DNA from: Methanobacteriota archaeon
Lineage (GTDB): Archaea; Thermoplasmatota; Thermoplasmata; UBA10834
DNA: 64,000 bases
Direction of reading: 5' to 3'
NCBI GenBank assembly: GCA_020725925.1
Contig: DYTN01000002.1
Span: 44,621 to 108,620, forward strand
Shown piece by piece: positions 1-10,236 of the stretch. Below the pieces are notes generated by a model. It worked only from the letters and a program-made list of their open reading frames with translations. It searched no databases and was not told where the DNA came from. Both the position numbers and the translations under genes were made by a program. The stretch's first letter is position 1, and each line of letters begins with the position of its first letter.

Positions 1-63
1 GCACACATAGACGCCTATGCGTTCCTCTTTCTCCTTCGCCTTCTTCTCAGGTTTCTCGGCCAT
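1..63 (-). CDS. hdrA: Heterodisulfide reductase subunit A-like protein, 5' end only (runs off window)
   Basis: Hand translation of the minus strand from ATG at 63 gives MAEKPEKKAKEKEERIGVYVC, matching the HdrA N-terminal RIGVYVCHCG motif. Confidence 0.7.
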   Translation of the reverse strand, partial: MAEKPEKKAKEKEERIGVYVC

Positions 64-340
64 GTCCCAGACGGTCAGGAATGATTAACAGGGTAATTGT
101 TCCTTTTGGCGAAGCGCACATGGTCCCGCGGCGCTCGCAGACGGGCGAGGGCGCAGGCGCGCATAATAAGCTATGTGCCCGCGTCCTGTCCAGCATCGAT
201 TCCCATTTGGGTAACTATAAATATTCCGACTCTTCTATTTAGACAGGACGGGACGATGCGCAGGGCCCGACTTGGCCCTGGAACGCAACGGACTTATTCG
301 GGTCCCGTGCTCCCCCAACGAGCCAGGCATAGGAGAGCGG

Positions 341-2755
341 ATGCCGAAGGACGAGTCAGGAAAGGTCACTTGCCCCATCTGCGGCTACGAATCACCGGAA
401 GGTTCCGCCAGGTGCGAGCACTGCTACAGCTCGCTTCTCCCTGTCGCCACCGAGAACGAGGGGCGGGGGAAGGACTCCAAGACGGTTCCAGACGAGAAGG
501 AGTTGGACGAGCTCAAGCTCGTTCCCGGCGTCGGAGAGGCGAAGGCGGAGGCCCTCCACGAGGCAGGCTATCGATCGATCAAGGACCTCAAGAGCGCGCG
601 CGTCGACGACCTCGCGTCCGTCAAGGGCATCGGCGAGAAGCTCGCGACCAAGATCCTCGAGAGCGTGCACAGGATGTCGACAGGGACGACGGATTCGTCC
701 CTCGCGAACTGGCTCTCGGGCGAGGACGACGGCCTGTCGGACTGGCTCTCGGGAGACGAGAGAGCGCGGCCGGAGGCCACGGTCGCCAACAGAGAGCGGC
801 CGCGGGACGATTCGCTCGCGCGCTGGCTAGCCGGCGATGAGGAGGACGTGAGCGTCTGGCTCGACGAGACGAGGACGGCCGAGGTCGAGCCGCACGAGAT
901 CGGTCCGAACGAGCTGCTCGCCCGCGAGGCCGAGCTCATCCAGCTCAGGGAAACCCTGAGGGAGAAGCTGAGGCAGCTCGACATCGGGGATTTCGACGCC
1001 CAGGGCACAATCGAGGAGCTCGCCAAGGTCCGGGGGGACTACGAGCTCGAGAGGAACAAGACGAGGGAGCTCGAGGAAGAGCTGGAGAACGTCAAGCGCG
1101 GGAGCATCGCAGTCATCAAGTTCATCAAGAGCCAGCAGGGCGGCGAGGCCGACCAGGACGCACTCGCCGACAAGCTGGCGTCCGAGATGGCCAACCGTGA
1201 GACGCTCGAGCTGCAAATCATGCAGCTCGAGGAGACCGTCTCGGCACTCAAGGACAAGCTGGACTCGGGCTTGCAGGAGCTGCCCTCGGACGCACAGGCG
1301 CTGAAGCAGCAGGAGATCGCGCTCGCGGAGAGGCAGGCACAGCTGGATGCGATGAAGAAGCAGCTCCTCGCCAAGGAGGAGGCTCTCAGTAGGGGCGCGC
1401 TCGTGGGAGCGCCCGGGGAAGCGGGCGTCGTCGTGGACCCAGGCCTCGTCCAGAAGGTCCAGGAGTATGCGCGCAGGGAGCAGGAGCTACTCGCAAAGGC
1501 CCAGGACCTCGAGTCCAGGCTCGCCCAGGCCAAGCTCGAGACGAAGCAGAAGGAGGAGATGATGAAGCTCTCGAGCGCGCCGGGAAAGACCATGGACAAG
1601 GAGGTCCTGAGGAAGGTCGAGGACGCTCAGCGCATCGAGCGGACGCTCGTCGTCAGGGAACAGGAGGTCCAGCGCCTCAGGGAGGACCTGAAGATCCGCG
1701 AGGAGGAGATCACCAAGCTCAAGGAGCCGATGAAGTACAAGGAGGACGAGATGCTCAGGCGCGAGGAGGACCTCATGTACCGCGAGCGCCTCCTCCAGGA
1801 AGAGCTCAAGAAGGTGAGCCAGGCAAGGGCGGAGCTGACCTCGCAGGACGAGCTCACGCTCAAGAGGCGCCTGGAGGAGCTCCAGGCGGAGGTCACGGTC
1901 AAGGAAGAGGAGATCAGGTCCAAGGAGAAGTACCTCTCGGCCAAGGAGGAGGAGCTGAGGCTCCGCGAGCAGGGCGTCATCACTGAGGAGATCGAGAGGC
2001 GCGAGCAGGAGCGCATGCTCGAGTTCAAGCAGGAGAAGGTGAAGACTGGAACTGCAAGGCTCGACGACCTGCTGCTCGGCGGCGTGCCGTTCGGCTCGAA
2101 CATACTGATCTATGGTCCGCCGTTCACGGGGAAGGAGGTGCTGTTGAGCGCGTTCATCGCCGAGGGGCTCAAGAAGGGCATCCCCGCACTCTGGATACTC
2201 ACCGAGAAGTCCCCCAAGGAGATGCGCGAGGAGATGTCGTACGTCGTGTCTGGGTACGAGGAGTACGAAAAGCTTGGGCTCGTGAGATACGTCGACGCGT
2301 ACTCGAGGAGCATGGGGGACGAGTCCCAGGACCCGTACGCAGAGTACATCGAGTCGCCCACGGACTACGAGTCGATCCAGAAGGCGATTGAGAACGCCAC
2401 GAAGGCGTTCAAGGAGAAGCACGAGTACTACCGCGTGGGCTTCAGGTCGATATCGACGCTCATCGCCTACCTCGACCCGGGCACGGCCTTCAGGTTCCTC
2501 AGCCCCGTCGTGGGCAGGAGGAAGAGGGACAGGGCCGTGGCGGTGTACACCATCGAGAAGGGCGTTCACGGCGAGCAGGAGATACAGATGATAGGCTCGC
2601 TCATGGACGGCATGATCGAGTTCAAGGTGGAGAACCTGAACACGTTCCTGTCCGTGAGGGGCATATGCGACGTCCAGTCCAGGGCATTCATCAGATACTC
2701 CGCAACGAAGACCGGGGTGTCGATCGGCTCGTTCTCGCTCGACCACATTCGGTGA
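341..2755 (+). CDS. Zn-ribbon / HhH / long coiled-coil / KaiC(RAD55)-like ATPase multidomain protein
   Basis: CPICG..CEHC; HhH pair VPGVGEAKA..VKGIGEKLA; about 370 aa E/K/R-rich coiled coil; C-terminal KTGTARLDDLLLGGVP..GPPFTGKE RecA/KaiC fold. ATG 341 after AGGAG preferred to TTG 272. Confidence 0.85.
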   Translation: MPKDESGKVTCPICGYESPEGSARCEHCYSSLLPVATENEGRGKDSKTVPDEKELDELKLVPGVGEAKAEALHEAGYRSIKDLKSARVDDLASVKGIGEKLATKILESVHRMSTGTTDSSLANWLSGEDDGLSDWLSGDERARPEATVANRERPRDDSLARWLAGDEEDVSVWLDETRTAEVEPHEIGPNELLAREAELIQLRETLREKLRQLDIGDFDAQGTIEELAKVRGDYELERNKTRELEEELENVKRGSIAVIKFIKSQQGGEADQDALADKLASEMANRETLELQIMQLEETVSALKDKLDSGLQELPSDAQALKQQEIALAERQAQLDAMKKQLLAKEEALSRGALVGAPGEAGVVVDPGLVQKVQEYARREQELLAKAQDLESRLAQAKLETKQKEEMMKLSSAPGKTMDKEVLRKVEDAQRIERTLVVREQEVQRLREDLKIREEEITKLKEPMKYKEDEMLRREEDLMYRERLLQEELKKVSQARAELTSQDELTLKRRLEELQAEVTVKEEEIRSKEKYLSAKEEELRLREQGVITEEIERREQERMLEFKQEKVKTGTARLDDLLLGGVPFGSNILIYGPPFTGKEVLLSAFIAEGLKKGIPALWILTEKSPKEMREEMSYVVSGYEEYEKLGLVRYVDAYSRSMGDESQDPYAEYIESPTDYESIQKAIENATKAFKEKHEYYRVGFRSISTLIAYLDPGTAFRFLSPVVGRRKRDRAVAVYTIEKGVHGEQEIQMIGSLMDGMIEFKVENLNTFLSVRGICDVQSRAFIRYSATKTGVSIGSFSLDHIR

Positions 2756-2783
2756 GCGCCGGGCCGTTGCCGAGCATGCTTTC

Positions 2784-3221
2784 TCAGGCGACTTCCATCG
2801 AGGACTTGTGGTCCTTCGCGCCCGGGGCCTTCGCTCCCCCTTTCACCTGGATCTGCGGGGGAGGGAGAGGCGGCGGGAGCCCAAGGTCCCTGGATATCAC
2901 GACGGCCGCGGGCATGCAGTTCGTGAAGATGGCGCCGAGGATTGGGTTGAACACCTCGTTCGGAAGCGCCTTGTTCTGAGGCCACTGCGAGGCAATGCTC
3001 TTCGCGTCGCCGTCCCACACGACTCTGCCCTCGATCGTTATCATGCCCATCCCGACATAGCTGATCGTGAACCGGAAATCAATCTGCGCATCCTTGTCTG
3101 AGAGAGCAGAGACGTTGGTCACGTTCGTGGTGTGGTCCACCCTGATCTGCGGAGGACGCTCGCCGAGCTTGGAGTATCTCTTGGCGTCGACGGACGTGAG
3201 TTCGAAGGACTTGATCGGCAT
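2784..3221 (-). CDS. Conserved archaeal protein, probable SecB-like fold
   Basis: Four beta-strand-like segments, then helices ending in ISRDLGLPPPLPPPQI, similar to the SecB C-terminal GxPP motif. Confidence 0.55.
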   Translation of the reverse strand: MPIKSFELTSVDAKRYSKLGERPPQIRVDHTTNVTNVSALSDKDAQIDFRFTISYVGMGMITIEGRVVWDGDAKSIASQWPQNKALPNEVFNPILGAIFTNCMPAAVVISRDLGLPPPLPPPQIQVKGGAKAPGAKDHKSSMEVA

Positions 3222-3328
3222 ATGGTGCAACCTCTCGTCTACGGCACTAACCGCGTCATGTCAATTTAAGCTATCTGTGTTTAGGCTATCTGTGGCCCGG
3301 CTGCCCAGGCTCACAGATGACAGACGAG

Positions 3329-3401
3329 TGCCGTGGGCCGGACTTGAACCAGCGACTTCAAGATCTTCAGTCTTGCACTCTCCCAACTGAGTTACCACGG
3401 C
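3329..3401 (-). tRNA. tRNA-Phe(GAA)
   Basis: GCCGTGG acceptor stem, anticodon loop CTGAAGA, T-arm GCTGG-TTCAAGT-CCGGC; 73 nt; CCA not encoded. Confidence 0.95.
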
Positions 3402-3675
3402 TCGCCGGAGCAAAAAGGCAGTTACGCGTTTCCTATATTAAACCTCTGCACGCGATGCGAGGAGCGGATGCCTCTCGCAAGAACGTGCAGGGATGCGCTC
3501 GCAGCGTGCGGGGAGGAGGTCGTCAGAGGAGTCAACGAAAGGCATCCGGAAGGAGCGGCTCTCGGGCGTTTTTTTCGCAATCCACAGGCGTTTTCGCCAC
3601 GATAGCAAAAACAATAGTATTAAATATGTTCCAGACGCTGATTAGGTTGCTTCGAAACTCTTGTTTGGTGGTAGG

Positions 3676-4680
3676 ATGACGTCGTCCCCCCAGTACACTC
3701 ACTACTCTACTGACTCGACCGCCGACCGTATCAAGAAATCACCTAGATGGGGCAACGATGAGGGGGTCGCCGCGACGGTCGGCACCATCATGGCGCTCCT
3801 TGTCTTCCTGACCTTCTTCGGCATGTTCACGAACCAATTCGTCCCCGTTTGGATGGGCGACAACGAGAGCGCTCACATGTCGACTGCGATCCAACAGGTC
3901 ACGACGCTCAAGTCGTCAATCGACACCTCGATCTCGATCTACGCGAACAGCCTGGTCGCTGCGGCGCCGATGTCCGTGCCAATCACTCTAAGCGCGTCAG
4001 GCATACCCGTCTTCGCCGCTCCCACTGCGGGCATTCTGCAGTTCACACCCGAGGGAGTCCTTGTGCGCCCAATGTTCAATGTCACATACACCTACCAGTC
4101 CACGGGCGGGTATACGAACACGCTCAGCCCGGCCAACGACGGAAGGTCCGGGGGGATGCTCGACCTGTACTGTCCGAACAGGTACTATGTGGAGCAGCAC
4201 CTGACCTGGGAGAACGGCGCGGTGATACTGAACCAGAGCGACGGCGAGTTCGTCATCGCGGGACCGCAGTTCTCGGTCAGGGACCTGGGCACCGCGGGCT
4301 CGCCCAACAGGGCCGTGATGCTGACCCAGATCTCGCTCCAGGGCACCAACAAGACGATAGGGGGGACTGGCTCGAAGCTCGTCACGGCCGAGATGCAGTT
4401 CGCGGACACGAAGTCCTACGAGAACGCCAACGGTGCCTCGCTGACGATCACCATAGTCACGAAGCACGGCATGGCGTGGGCGAGGTACTTCAACTCGTCG
4501 CTCCAGAGCTCCCCCGCCGGCCTCGACTACGGGACGGACTTCTGGGTCAACTGGACCCTCCACGAGCAGACCAACAAGCTCGACAACTACTACACGGTCA
4601 CAATCACGATAGGCCAGGTCATGATACTCGACCACACGAAGGCGACAGTCAAGCTGTCAGTCGGCGAGCTGGGGGTCTAG
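3676..4680 (+). CDS. Archaeal type IV pilin-like (minor pilin) protein
   Basis: Class III signal peptide-like NDEG|VAATVGTIMALLVFLTFFGMF followed by a beta-rich domain; first gene of the pilus operon. Confidence 0.75.
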   Translation: MTSSPQYTHYSTDSTADRIKKSPRWGNDEGVAATVGTIMALLVFLTFFGMFTNQFVPVWMGDNESAHMSTAIQQVTTLKSSIDTSISIYANSLVAAAPMSVPITLSASGIPVFAAPTAGILQFTPEGVLVRPMFNVTYTYQSTGGYTNTLSPANDGRSGGMLDLYCPNRYYVEQHLTWENGAVILNQSDGEFVIAGPQFSVRDLGTAGSPNRAVMLTQISLQGTNKTIGGTGSKLVTAEMQFADTKSYENANGASLTITIVTKHGMAWARYFNSSLQSSPAGLDYGTDFWVNWTLHEQTNKLDNYYTVTITIGQVMILDHTKATVKLSVGELGV

Positions 4681-4691
4681 GGAGGAAGACG

Positions 4692-6446
4692 ATGGCCGAA
4701 ACACATCCGAAACCGAAGCATGAAGTGCCCGTCAGCGCCCCGAAGATGCCGCTGGGTTCGAGAATCTACCAGGGCTGGGTGGGCGCGCTGAGCAAGATGA
4801 AGTCCTCGCCCGTGGAGGTCAGACAGCCCAGGGGAGCCGCTGCCAGGAAGCGCGACTGGAGCCAGGGCAGGGGTTCGGTGTACACTCAGGTCCCGCCGAT
4901 AACCGACATCGACATCCAGGAGATGGGGTTCTACGGGGTCGAGGAGCCGTTCAGCTACGTCAGGGCCACATACAACGGCGCCACCAGCGAATACCTCCTT
5001 AACGTGATCGAGCCCGCGCTGACCGAGGAGGAGGAAGAGCTGCTGAGGCTGATTAAGGAGACCCTCGAGAAGACCCTCGAGTACGACTGGGAGAAGCTCA
5101 CGGTGATGGACAAGAAGACCTACATCGAGAGGAGCGTGGACAGCTACATCAAGTCCAGGGGGATGGCGATCGAGCCCATCTCCAAGGACAAGGTCTCATA
5201 CTTCATCGCAAGGGACTTCGTCGGCTATGGGCCAATTGACGCCCTGATGAACGACCACCACATCGAGGACGTTTCTTGCGACGGCGTTGGCATCCCGCTG
5301 TTCGTGTTCCACAGCAAGTTCGAGTCGATCAAGACGAACATCATGTTCGAGGACGAGAACGACCTGAACTCGTTCGTGGTCAACCTGGGCCAGAGGTGCG
5401 GGAAGCAGCTCTCGGTCTCAAACCCGATCCTGGACGGCACCGCACCGGAAGGGCACAGGGTCCAGGCGACGTACGCCAGGGAGGTCACGACCAGGGGCGC
5501 ATCGTTCACCATCAGGCGGTTCAAGGAGAAGCCCTTCACCCCCGTCGAGCTCATCAAGTACGGCACCGCATCTCCCGAGATCGTGGCGTACATGTGGCTC
5601 AGTGTGGAGCACGGCGAATCCGCGATCATATGCGGGGGAACAGCGAGCGGCAAGACCGCGACCTTGAACGCCATGGCACTTTTCATACCGCCCGGCGCGA
5701 AGGTCGTCACGATGGAGGACACCAGGGAGATCAACCTGCCCCACGAGAACTGGATCCCCGGCACCACCAGGTCAGGTGTGGGAGAGCGCGGGCCCGACGG
5801 CAAGGCCGCGGGCGAGATAGACATGTACGACCTGGTGAGGGCCTCGTTGAGGCAGAGGCCCAACTACATCATCGTCGGTGAGGTCAGGGGCAAGGAGACC
5901 TACACGATGTTCCAGGCGATGGCCACGGGCCACACAACATTCTCGACGATGCACGCGGACAGCGTCAAGGGCATGGTCAACAGGCTCGAGAACCCCCCCA
6001 TCAACTGCCCGAGGATACTGCTCACCGCCCTGAGGAACGTCATCATACAGACCCATGCCAGGGTGGGCATGGACATGGTCAGGCGCATAAAGCAGCTCAT
6101 AGAGATCGTGGGGTTCGAGCCCGAGACGAACGAACTGATCTCGAACACCGTCTACGAGTGGGACCAGGCAACTGACAAGTTCATCTTCAAGGGGCACAGC
6201 TTCCTGTTCGACAAGATCATGGAGATGAAGAACCTGACGCACGAGGAGCTCCTGCAGGAGTTCGAGCGGAGGGTGGACGTCGTGAAGTACATGGTCGCGA
6301 AGGACATCACTGACCACAGGGAGATCTGGGGGCTCATCAGGGAGTACTACAAGGACTCGAAGGTCACCTCGGAGCGAATCAGGAAGGAGCTCTATGGCTC
6401 CGCCCCCAGGCCCACGATGATACCCGGAGGTGAGGTCGCTGCCTGA
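4692..6446 (+). CDS. Type IV pilus/T2SS assembly ATPase (VirB11/PilB/FlaI family) 1
   Basis: GGTASGKT, EDTREINL, LRQRPNYIIVGEVRGKE, GHTTFSTMHA; ATG 4692 after GGAGG. Confidence 0.95.
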   Translation: MAETHPKPKHEVPVSAPKMPLGSRIYQGWVGALSKMKSSPVEVRQPRGAAARKRDWSQGRGSVYTQVPPITDIDIQEMGFYGVEEPFSYVRATYNGATSEYLLNVIEPALTEEEEELLRLIKETLEKTLEYDWEKLTVMDKKTYIERSVDSYIKSRGMAIEPISKDKVSYFIARDFVGYGPIDALMNDHHIEDVSCDGVGIPLFVFHSKFESIKTNIMFEDENDLNSFVVNLGQRCGKQLSVSNPILDGTAPEGHRVQATYAREVTTRGASFTIRRFKEKPFTPVELIKYGTASPEIVAYMWLSVEHGESAIICGGTASGKTATLNAMALFIPPGAKVVTMEDTREINLPHENWIPGTTRSGVGERGPDGKAAGEIDMYDLVRASLRQRPNYIIVGEVRGKETYTMFQAMATGHTTFSTMHADSVKGMVNRLENPPINCPRILLTALRNVIIQTHARVGMDMVRRIKQLIEIVGFEPETNELISNTVYEWDQATDKFIFKGHSFLFDKIMEMKNLTHEELLQEFERRVDVVKYMVAKDITDHREIWGLIREYYKDSKVTSERIRKELYGSAPRPTMIPGGEVAA

Positions 6447-7470
6447 GGTATCTGACGTATTTAGGAAGGTCGAGGTGAAGCCGGCTCAGTACCTCAAGAC
6501 CAAGATCACCATGGGCGAGGGGACCATCGGGCCGCACTCGGTCAGGCTCGTGAAGGGGACGGTGCCGGAGTACATCAAGCTCTCTCCGTTCCAGGACCTC
6601 GCCTGGAGGACCATGGGCAAGCGCGCCAAGACGAAGACCGCGCTCCTGCAGCAGCTCGAGGAGTCGCTCCTGAAGGCCCACATGAAGATCCGGCCGGAGG
6701 AGTACCTGGCGTATGTCCTCATGGCGACACTGGTGACCGCCGTCGTGGGGGTCGTGATAGCCATCGTGGTCGGCGTGCTGATCTTCGGCCTGATGGATGT
6801 CAACATCATGCTCAGGATAATGGTCTCGGTGGCAGCGATTCTGCTCCTTCCGATCATGACCTACTTCCTTCTGTTGGGCTCCCCCGGCTCGAAGGCGAAG
6901 TCCAGGAGCAGGGACATAGACAAGCGCATTGCGGCCGCGATGAGCTTCATATCCGCGATGGCGTCTGCGGACGTCAACATCGATGTCATCTTCAAGGAGC
7001 TGTCGAGGCAGAAGGTGTACGGGGAGATAGCCCACGAGTCCGCCTGGATCACGAGGGACACGGAGCTCCTCGGGTCCGATATCCTGTCCGCCATCAAGAA
7101 GGCCGCCAGGAGGTCCCCATCCGCGAAGTTCCAGGACTTCCTACAGGGCGTCATCACAACCTCCACCTCGGGCGGGCAGCTCAAGCCGTACTTCCTGCTC
7201 AAGGCGGAGGAGTTCCAGAAGGAGAACAAGCTCGCCCTCAAGTCCCAGATGGAGACCCTCGGGATGCTTGCTGAATCCTTCGTGACGGTCGTGGTGGCGT
7301 TCCCGCTGTTCCTCGTGCTCATCCTGGCGATCATGGCAATCGTCGGCGGCGGAGGCGACCCGGACTTCATGGTCATGATGCTCTATCTGATCGTCCTGGG
7401 GATGATCCCTGTGTCCCAGTTCGGCTTCGTGTTCGTCATCTGGAACATGTCAAAGGAGGCTTCGATGTAG
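6430..7470 (+). CDS. Type IV pilus platform membrane protein (TadC/PilC/FlaJ family) 1
   Basis: LLKAHMKIRPEEYLA, RRSPSAKFQDFLQG, several TM helices; overlaps the ATPase stop. Confidence 0.9.
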   Translation: MRSLPEVSDVFRKVEVKPAQYLKTKITMGEGTIGPHSVRLVKGTVPEYIKLSPFQDLAWRTMGKRAKTKTALLQQLEESLLKAHMKIRPEEYLAYVLMATLVTAVVGVVIAIVVGVLIFGLMDVNIMLRIMVSVAAILLLPIMTYFLLLGSPGSKAKSRSRDIDKRIAAAMSFISAMASADVNIDVIFKELSRQKVYGEIAHESAWITRDTELLGSDILSAIKKAARRSPSAKFQDFLQGVITTSTSGGQLKPYFLLKAEEFQKENKLALKSQMETLGMLAESFVTVVVAFPLFLVLILAIMAIVGGGGDPDFMVMMLYLIVLGMIPVSQFGFVFVIWNMSKEASM

Positions 7471-8406
7471 ATGCCGCCGCAGAGGAAGATGTCGGAGCAG
7501 GAGCGGGAGAGGGCCCTCAAGAGGATCCTCGCGACTGAGCGGGCCGACAAGACCAGGACTATCGTGGGCGGCTCCATCGGAGTGGCTGCGGTCCTCATAT
7601 TCGCGGGCGTCGTGGACTACATAGGCAGTGCTGACCTGCCGCTGGACGCCATCGACTGGATCATATTCGCCATAGCCGCGATCATCGGCCCGTACGGCTT
7701 CTACGTGAGCGCCAGGGAGAAACGCGTGAGGGAGATTGAGATGAGGCTGCCCGACTTCCTCAGGGATGTCGCAGAGGCCGGGAGGTTCGGCATGACCCTC
7801 GCGGATGCCATCGTCGTCGCGAGCACCGGCAGGTACGGCAGGCTCACGCCGGAGATAAAGAAGATGGCCGCGCAGATAGAGTGGGGCGTGCCCGCCTCGG
7901 AGGCCATCAGGCTGTTCTCCGAGAGGGTCAAGACGCCCCTGGTGACGAGGATGGCATCCATCATCATGAAGGCGAACGATGCGGGCGGCAACGTCGCCGA
8001 CGTGCTGAGCATGGTCTCGCACGACGCGAAGGAGACCATCCTGACGCAGGAGGAGCGGGGCGTGACGATGCAGACCTATGTGCTCGTCGTGTACATCGCC
8101 TTCTTCGTGTTCATCGCGACAATCCTGATCCTGCAGGGCCAGTTCCTCCCGAAGATGGAGGAGGCGGGCACGCAGGTGAGCGAGGCGGCGGAGGCCCAGG
8201 GCGTCGGGGAGATACCGGGAGTGAGCATACAGGTCGACATCATACCAACAGTGGGGTTCATCTTCCTGCTGTCCGTGCTCGTACATGCGATTGGCGACGG
8301 GCTCCTGGCGGGCGTGATACAGAAGGGGAGCATCCCGATAGGCATGAGGCACAGCTTCATCATGCTGCTGGCCGGCTTCGTGTCCCTGAGGATCATAGGA
8401 GGCTGA
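7471..8406 (+). CDS. Type IV pilus platform membrane protein (TadC/PilC family) 2
   Basis: IEMRLPDFLRDVAEAGRFGMTLADAI..YGRLTPEI..GGNVADVL, T2SS-F-like domain. Confidence 0.9.
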   Translation: MPPQRKMSEQERERALKRILATERADKTRTIVGGSIGVAAVLIFAGVVDYIGSADLPLDAIDWIIFAIAAIIGPYGFYVSAREKRVREIEMRLPDFLRDVAEAGRFGMTLADAIVVASTGRYGRLTPEIKKMAAQIEWGVPASEAIRLFSERVKTPLVTRMASIIMKANDAGGNVADVLSMVSHDAKETILTQEERGVTMQTYVLVVYIAFFVFIATILILQGQFLPKMEEAGTQVSEAAEAQGVGEIPGVSIQVDIIPTVGFIFLLSVLVHAIGDGLLAGVIQKGSIPIGMRHSFIMLLAGFVSLRIIGG

Positions 8407-8410
8407 CAGG

Positions 8411-10126
8411 ATGACAGCAGAGACTGCGCAACCAAGGATCGTGCCTCTGGAGGCCCCGACGGAGGAGGCCAAGGAGAAGAAGAAGGGGCCTGGCCTGAAG
8501 TCCGCGTACTACAACTTCCTGCTCAAGCTCAAGCCCAAGCCCCTCATGGTCGCGCTCCCGAAGACGGAAGCGACCGTGGACATGTCCAGGATAACGGAGA
8601 TACCGAAGCTGACCGAGCCGAACATCGACGAGGTGGAGACGGCCCCGGTCAAGCAGAACTACTCCTATGTCAGGATCAAGTACGACAACAAGTCGAACGA
8701 GTACCTCTACGAGGTGATCGAGCCGCGGCTCTCAGAGGACGAGCGGGACGTGCTGAGCCTGCTCAAGGAGACGCTCGTCGCCTCCGTCGAGCACATGACG
8801 GAGGTCTCGACTGAGGAGAAGGAGAAGTACCTGAGGAGAATAGTCGAGCAGCTGATGCTCCAGCTGGCCGTCACCCTCAACCCCGTCTCGAAGGAGAGAG
8901 TGATGTACTACATAGCCAGGGACTTCATCGGGTACGGCGTCATCAACGTGATGATGATGGATCCGAACGTCGAGGACTGCTCCTGCGATGGCGTCGACAT
9001 CCCGTTCTACATATACCACAGGAAGTACGGTTCGATCAGGTCCAACCTCAGGTTCGCGGCCGAGGTGGAGCTTGACGGATTCGTCGTCTGGCTGGCCCAG
9101 AAGTGCGGCAAGCACATATCCGTGGCGAGCCCGCTCCTGGACGCCACCATCCCCGACGGCTCGAGGCTCCAGGCAACCCTGGGCAAGCACGTGACCAAGA
9201 GGGGCTCCTCGTTCACCATCAGGCGGTTCAAGGAGAACCCCTTCACGCCCCTGGACCTGCTCAAGTTCAAGACCATGGGCACCGAGATGATGGCCTACCT
9301 GTGGATCGCCATCGAGCACGGGCAGTCGATGCTCGTGTGCGGAGGCACCGCGAGCGGCAAGACGACCACGCTCAACGCCGTCCTGCTGTTCATCCCGCCC
9401 CAGATGAAGATAGTCTCGATAGAGGACACTAGGGAGCTCAACCTCCCGCATGAGAACTGGGTCCCGGGCCTGACTAGGGAGGGCTTCGGCGGCAAGAGCG
9501 CGATCACCGGCCGCGCCACGGGCGAGATAGACATGTTCGACCTGCTCACATCGGCCATGAGGCAGAGGCCCCAGTACCTGATGGTCGGAGAGGTCAGAGG
9601 CAAGGAGGCGTACGTCGTCTTCCAGGCCATGGCCACGGGCAAGACCTGCTACTCCACCTTCCACGCAGAGGATGTCCAGGCGATGGTGCACAGGATGGAG
9701 AACGACCCCATCAACCTCCCCAGGGCGCTCATCACGGCGCTCAATGTCGTGCTCCTCCAGGCGCAGGTCAAGGTCGGCACGAAGATGACCAGGCGGGTCA
9801 AGTCGCTCACTGAGATCGTCGGGTTCGACCCCGAGACCAACGAGCTCATCACCAACTCTGTCTACACCTGGAACCCGGCGGACGACACCTTCAACTACAG
9901 CGGCCACAGCTATGTCTACGAGAAGGTCAGGATGGCCAGGAACTGGTCCCCCAGGGAGATGGAGAGGGAGCTCAAGAGGCGCGTGGACATCCTGGAGTAC
10001 ATGAAGAAGATAGGCATGGACAGCCACAGGAAGGTCGCGACGATCATCTCGGCGTACTACAAGGACCCCGAGAAGGTCATGAAAGAGGTCCGGGCGAAGC
10101 TGGCCGAGGGCGCGGAGAGGATCTGA
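8411..10126 (+). CDS. Type IV pilus/T2SS assembly ATPase 2
   Basis: GGTASGKTTTLNA, EDTRELNL, RQRPQYLMVGEVRGKE, STFHA; clear paralog of 4692-6446. Confidence 0.95.
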   Translation: MTAETAQPRIVPLEAPTEEAKEKKKGPGLKSAYYNFLLKLKPKPLMVALPKTEATVDMSRITEIPKLTEPNIDEVETAPVKQNYSYVRIKYDNKSNEYLYEVIEPRLSEDERDVLSLLKETLVASVEHMTEVSTEEKEKYLRRIVEQLMLQLAVTLNPVSKERVMYYIARDFIGYGVINVMMMDPNVEDCSCDGVDIPFYIYHRKYGSIRSNLRFAAEVELDGFVVWLAQKCGKHISVASPLLDATIPDGSRLQATLGKHVTKRGSSFTIRRFKENPFTPLDLLKFKTMGTEMMAYLWIAIEHGQSMLVCGGTASGKTTTLNAVLLFIPPQMKIVSIEDTRELNLPHENWVPGLTREGFGGKSAITGRATGEIDMFDLLTSAMRQRPQYLMVGEVRGKEAYVVFQAMATGKTCYSTFHAEDVQAMVHRMENDPINLPRALITALNVVLLQAQVKVGTKMTRRVKSLTEIVGFDPETNELITNSVYTWNPADDTFNYSGHSYVYEKVRMARNWSPREMERELKRRVDILEYMKKIGMDSHRKVATIISAYYKDPEKVMKEVRAKLAEGAERI

Positions 10127-10236
10127 GCCTGCCGAACGCGGTTGAGCATAGTTTCCCGATAGCGTGAGCTCTCAGAACATTGGGAAATGAAAGACCGGAA
10201 AGGTGTTTCGTAGGGTTTGCCGATGCCCAGGAGCGC

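Noticed and set aside
3270-3318. Direct repeat GCTATCTGTG x2 plus an inverted CACAGAT downstream of tRNA-Phe
   Set aside because: Only two short copies; not an array or att site, and no integrase nearby; could be an operator but unsupported
3676-10126. Archaellum operon
   Set aside because: No archaellin, FlaF/G or FlaC/D/E genes; the filament subunits in the window are pilin-type
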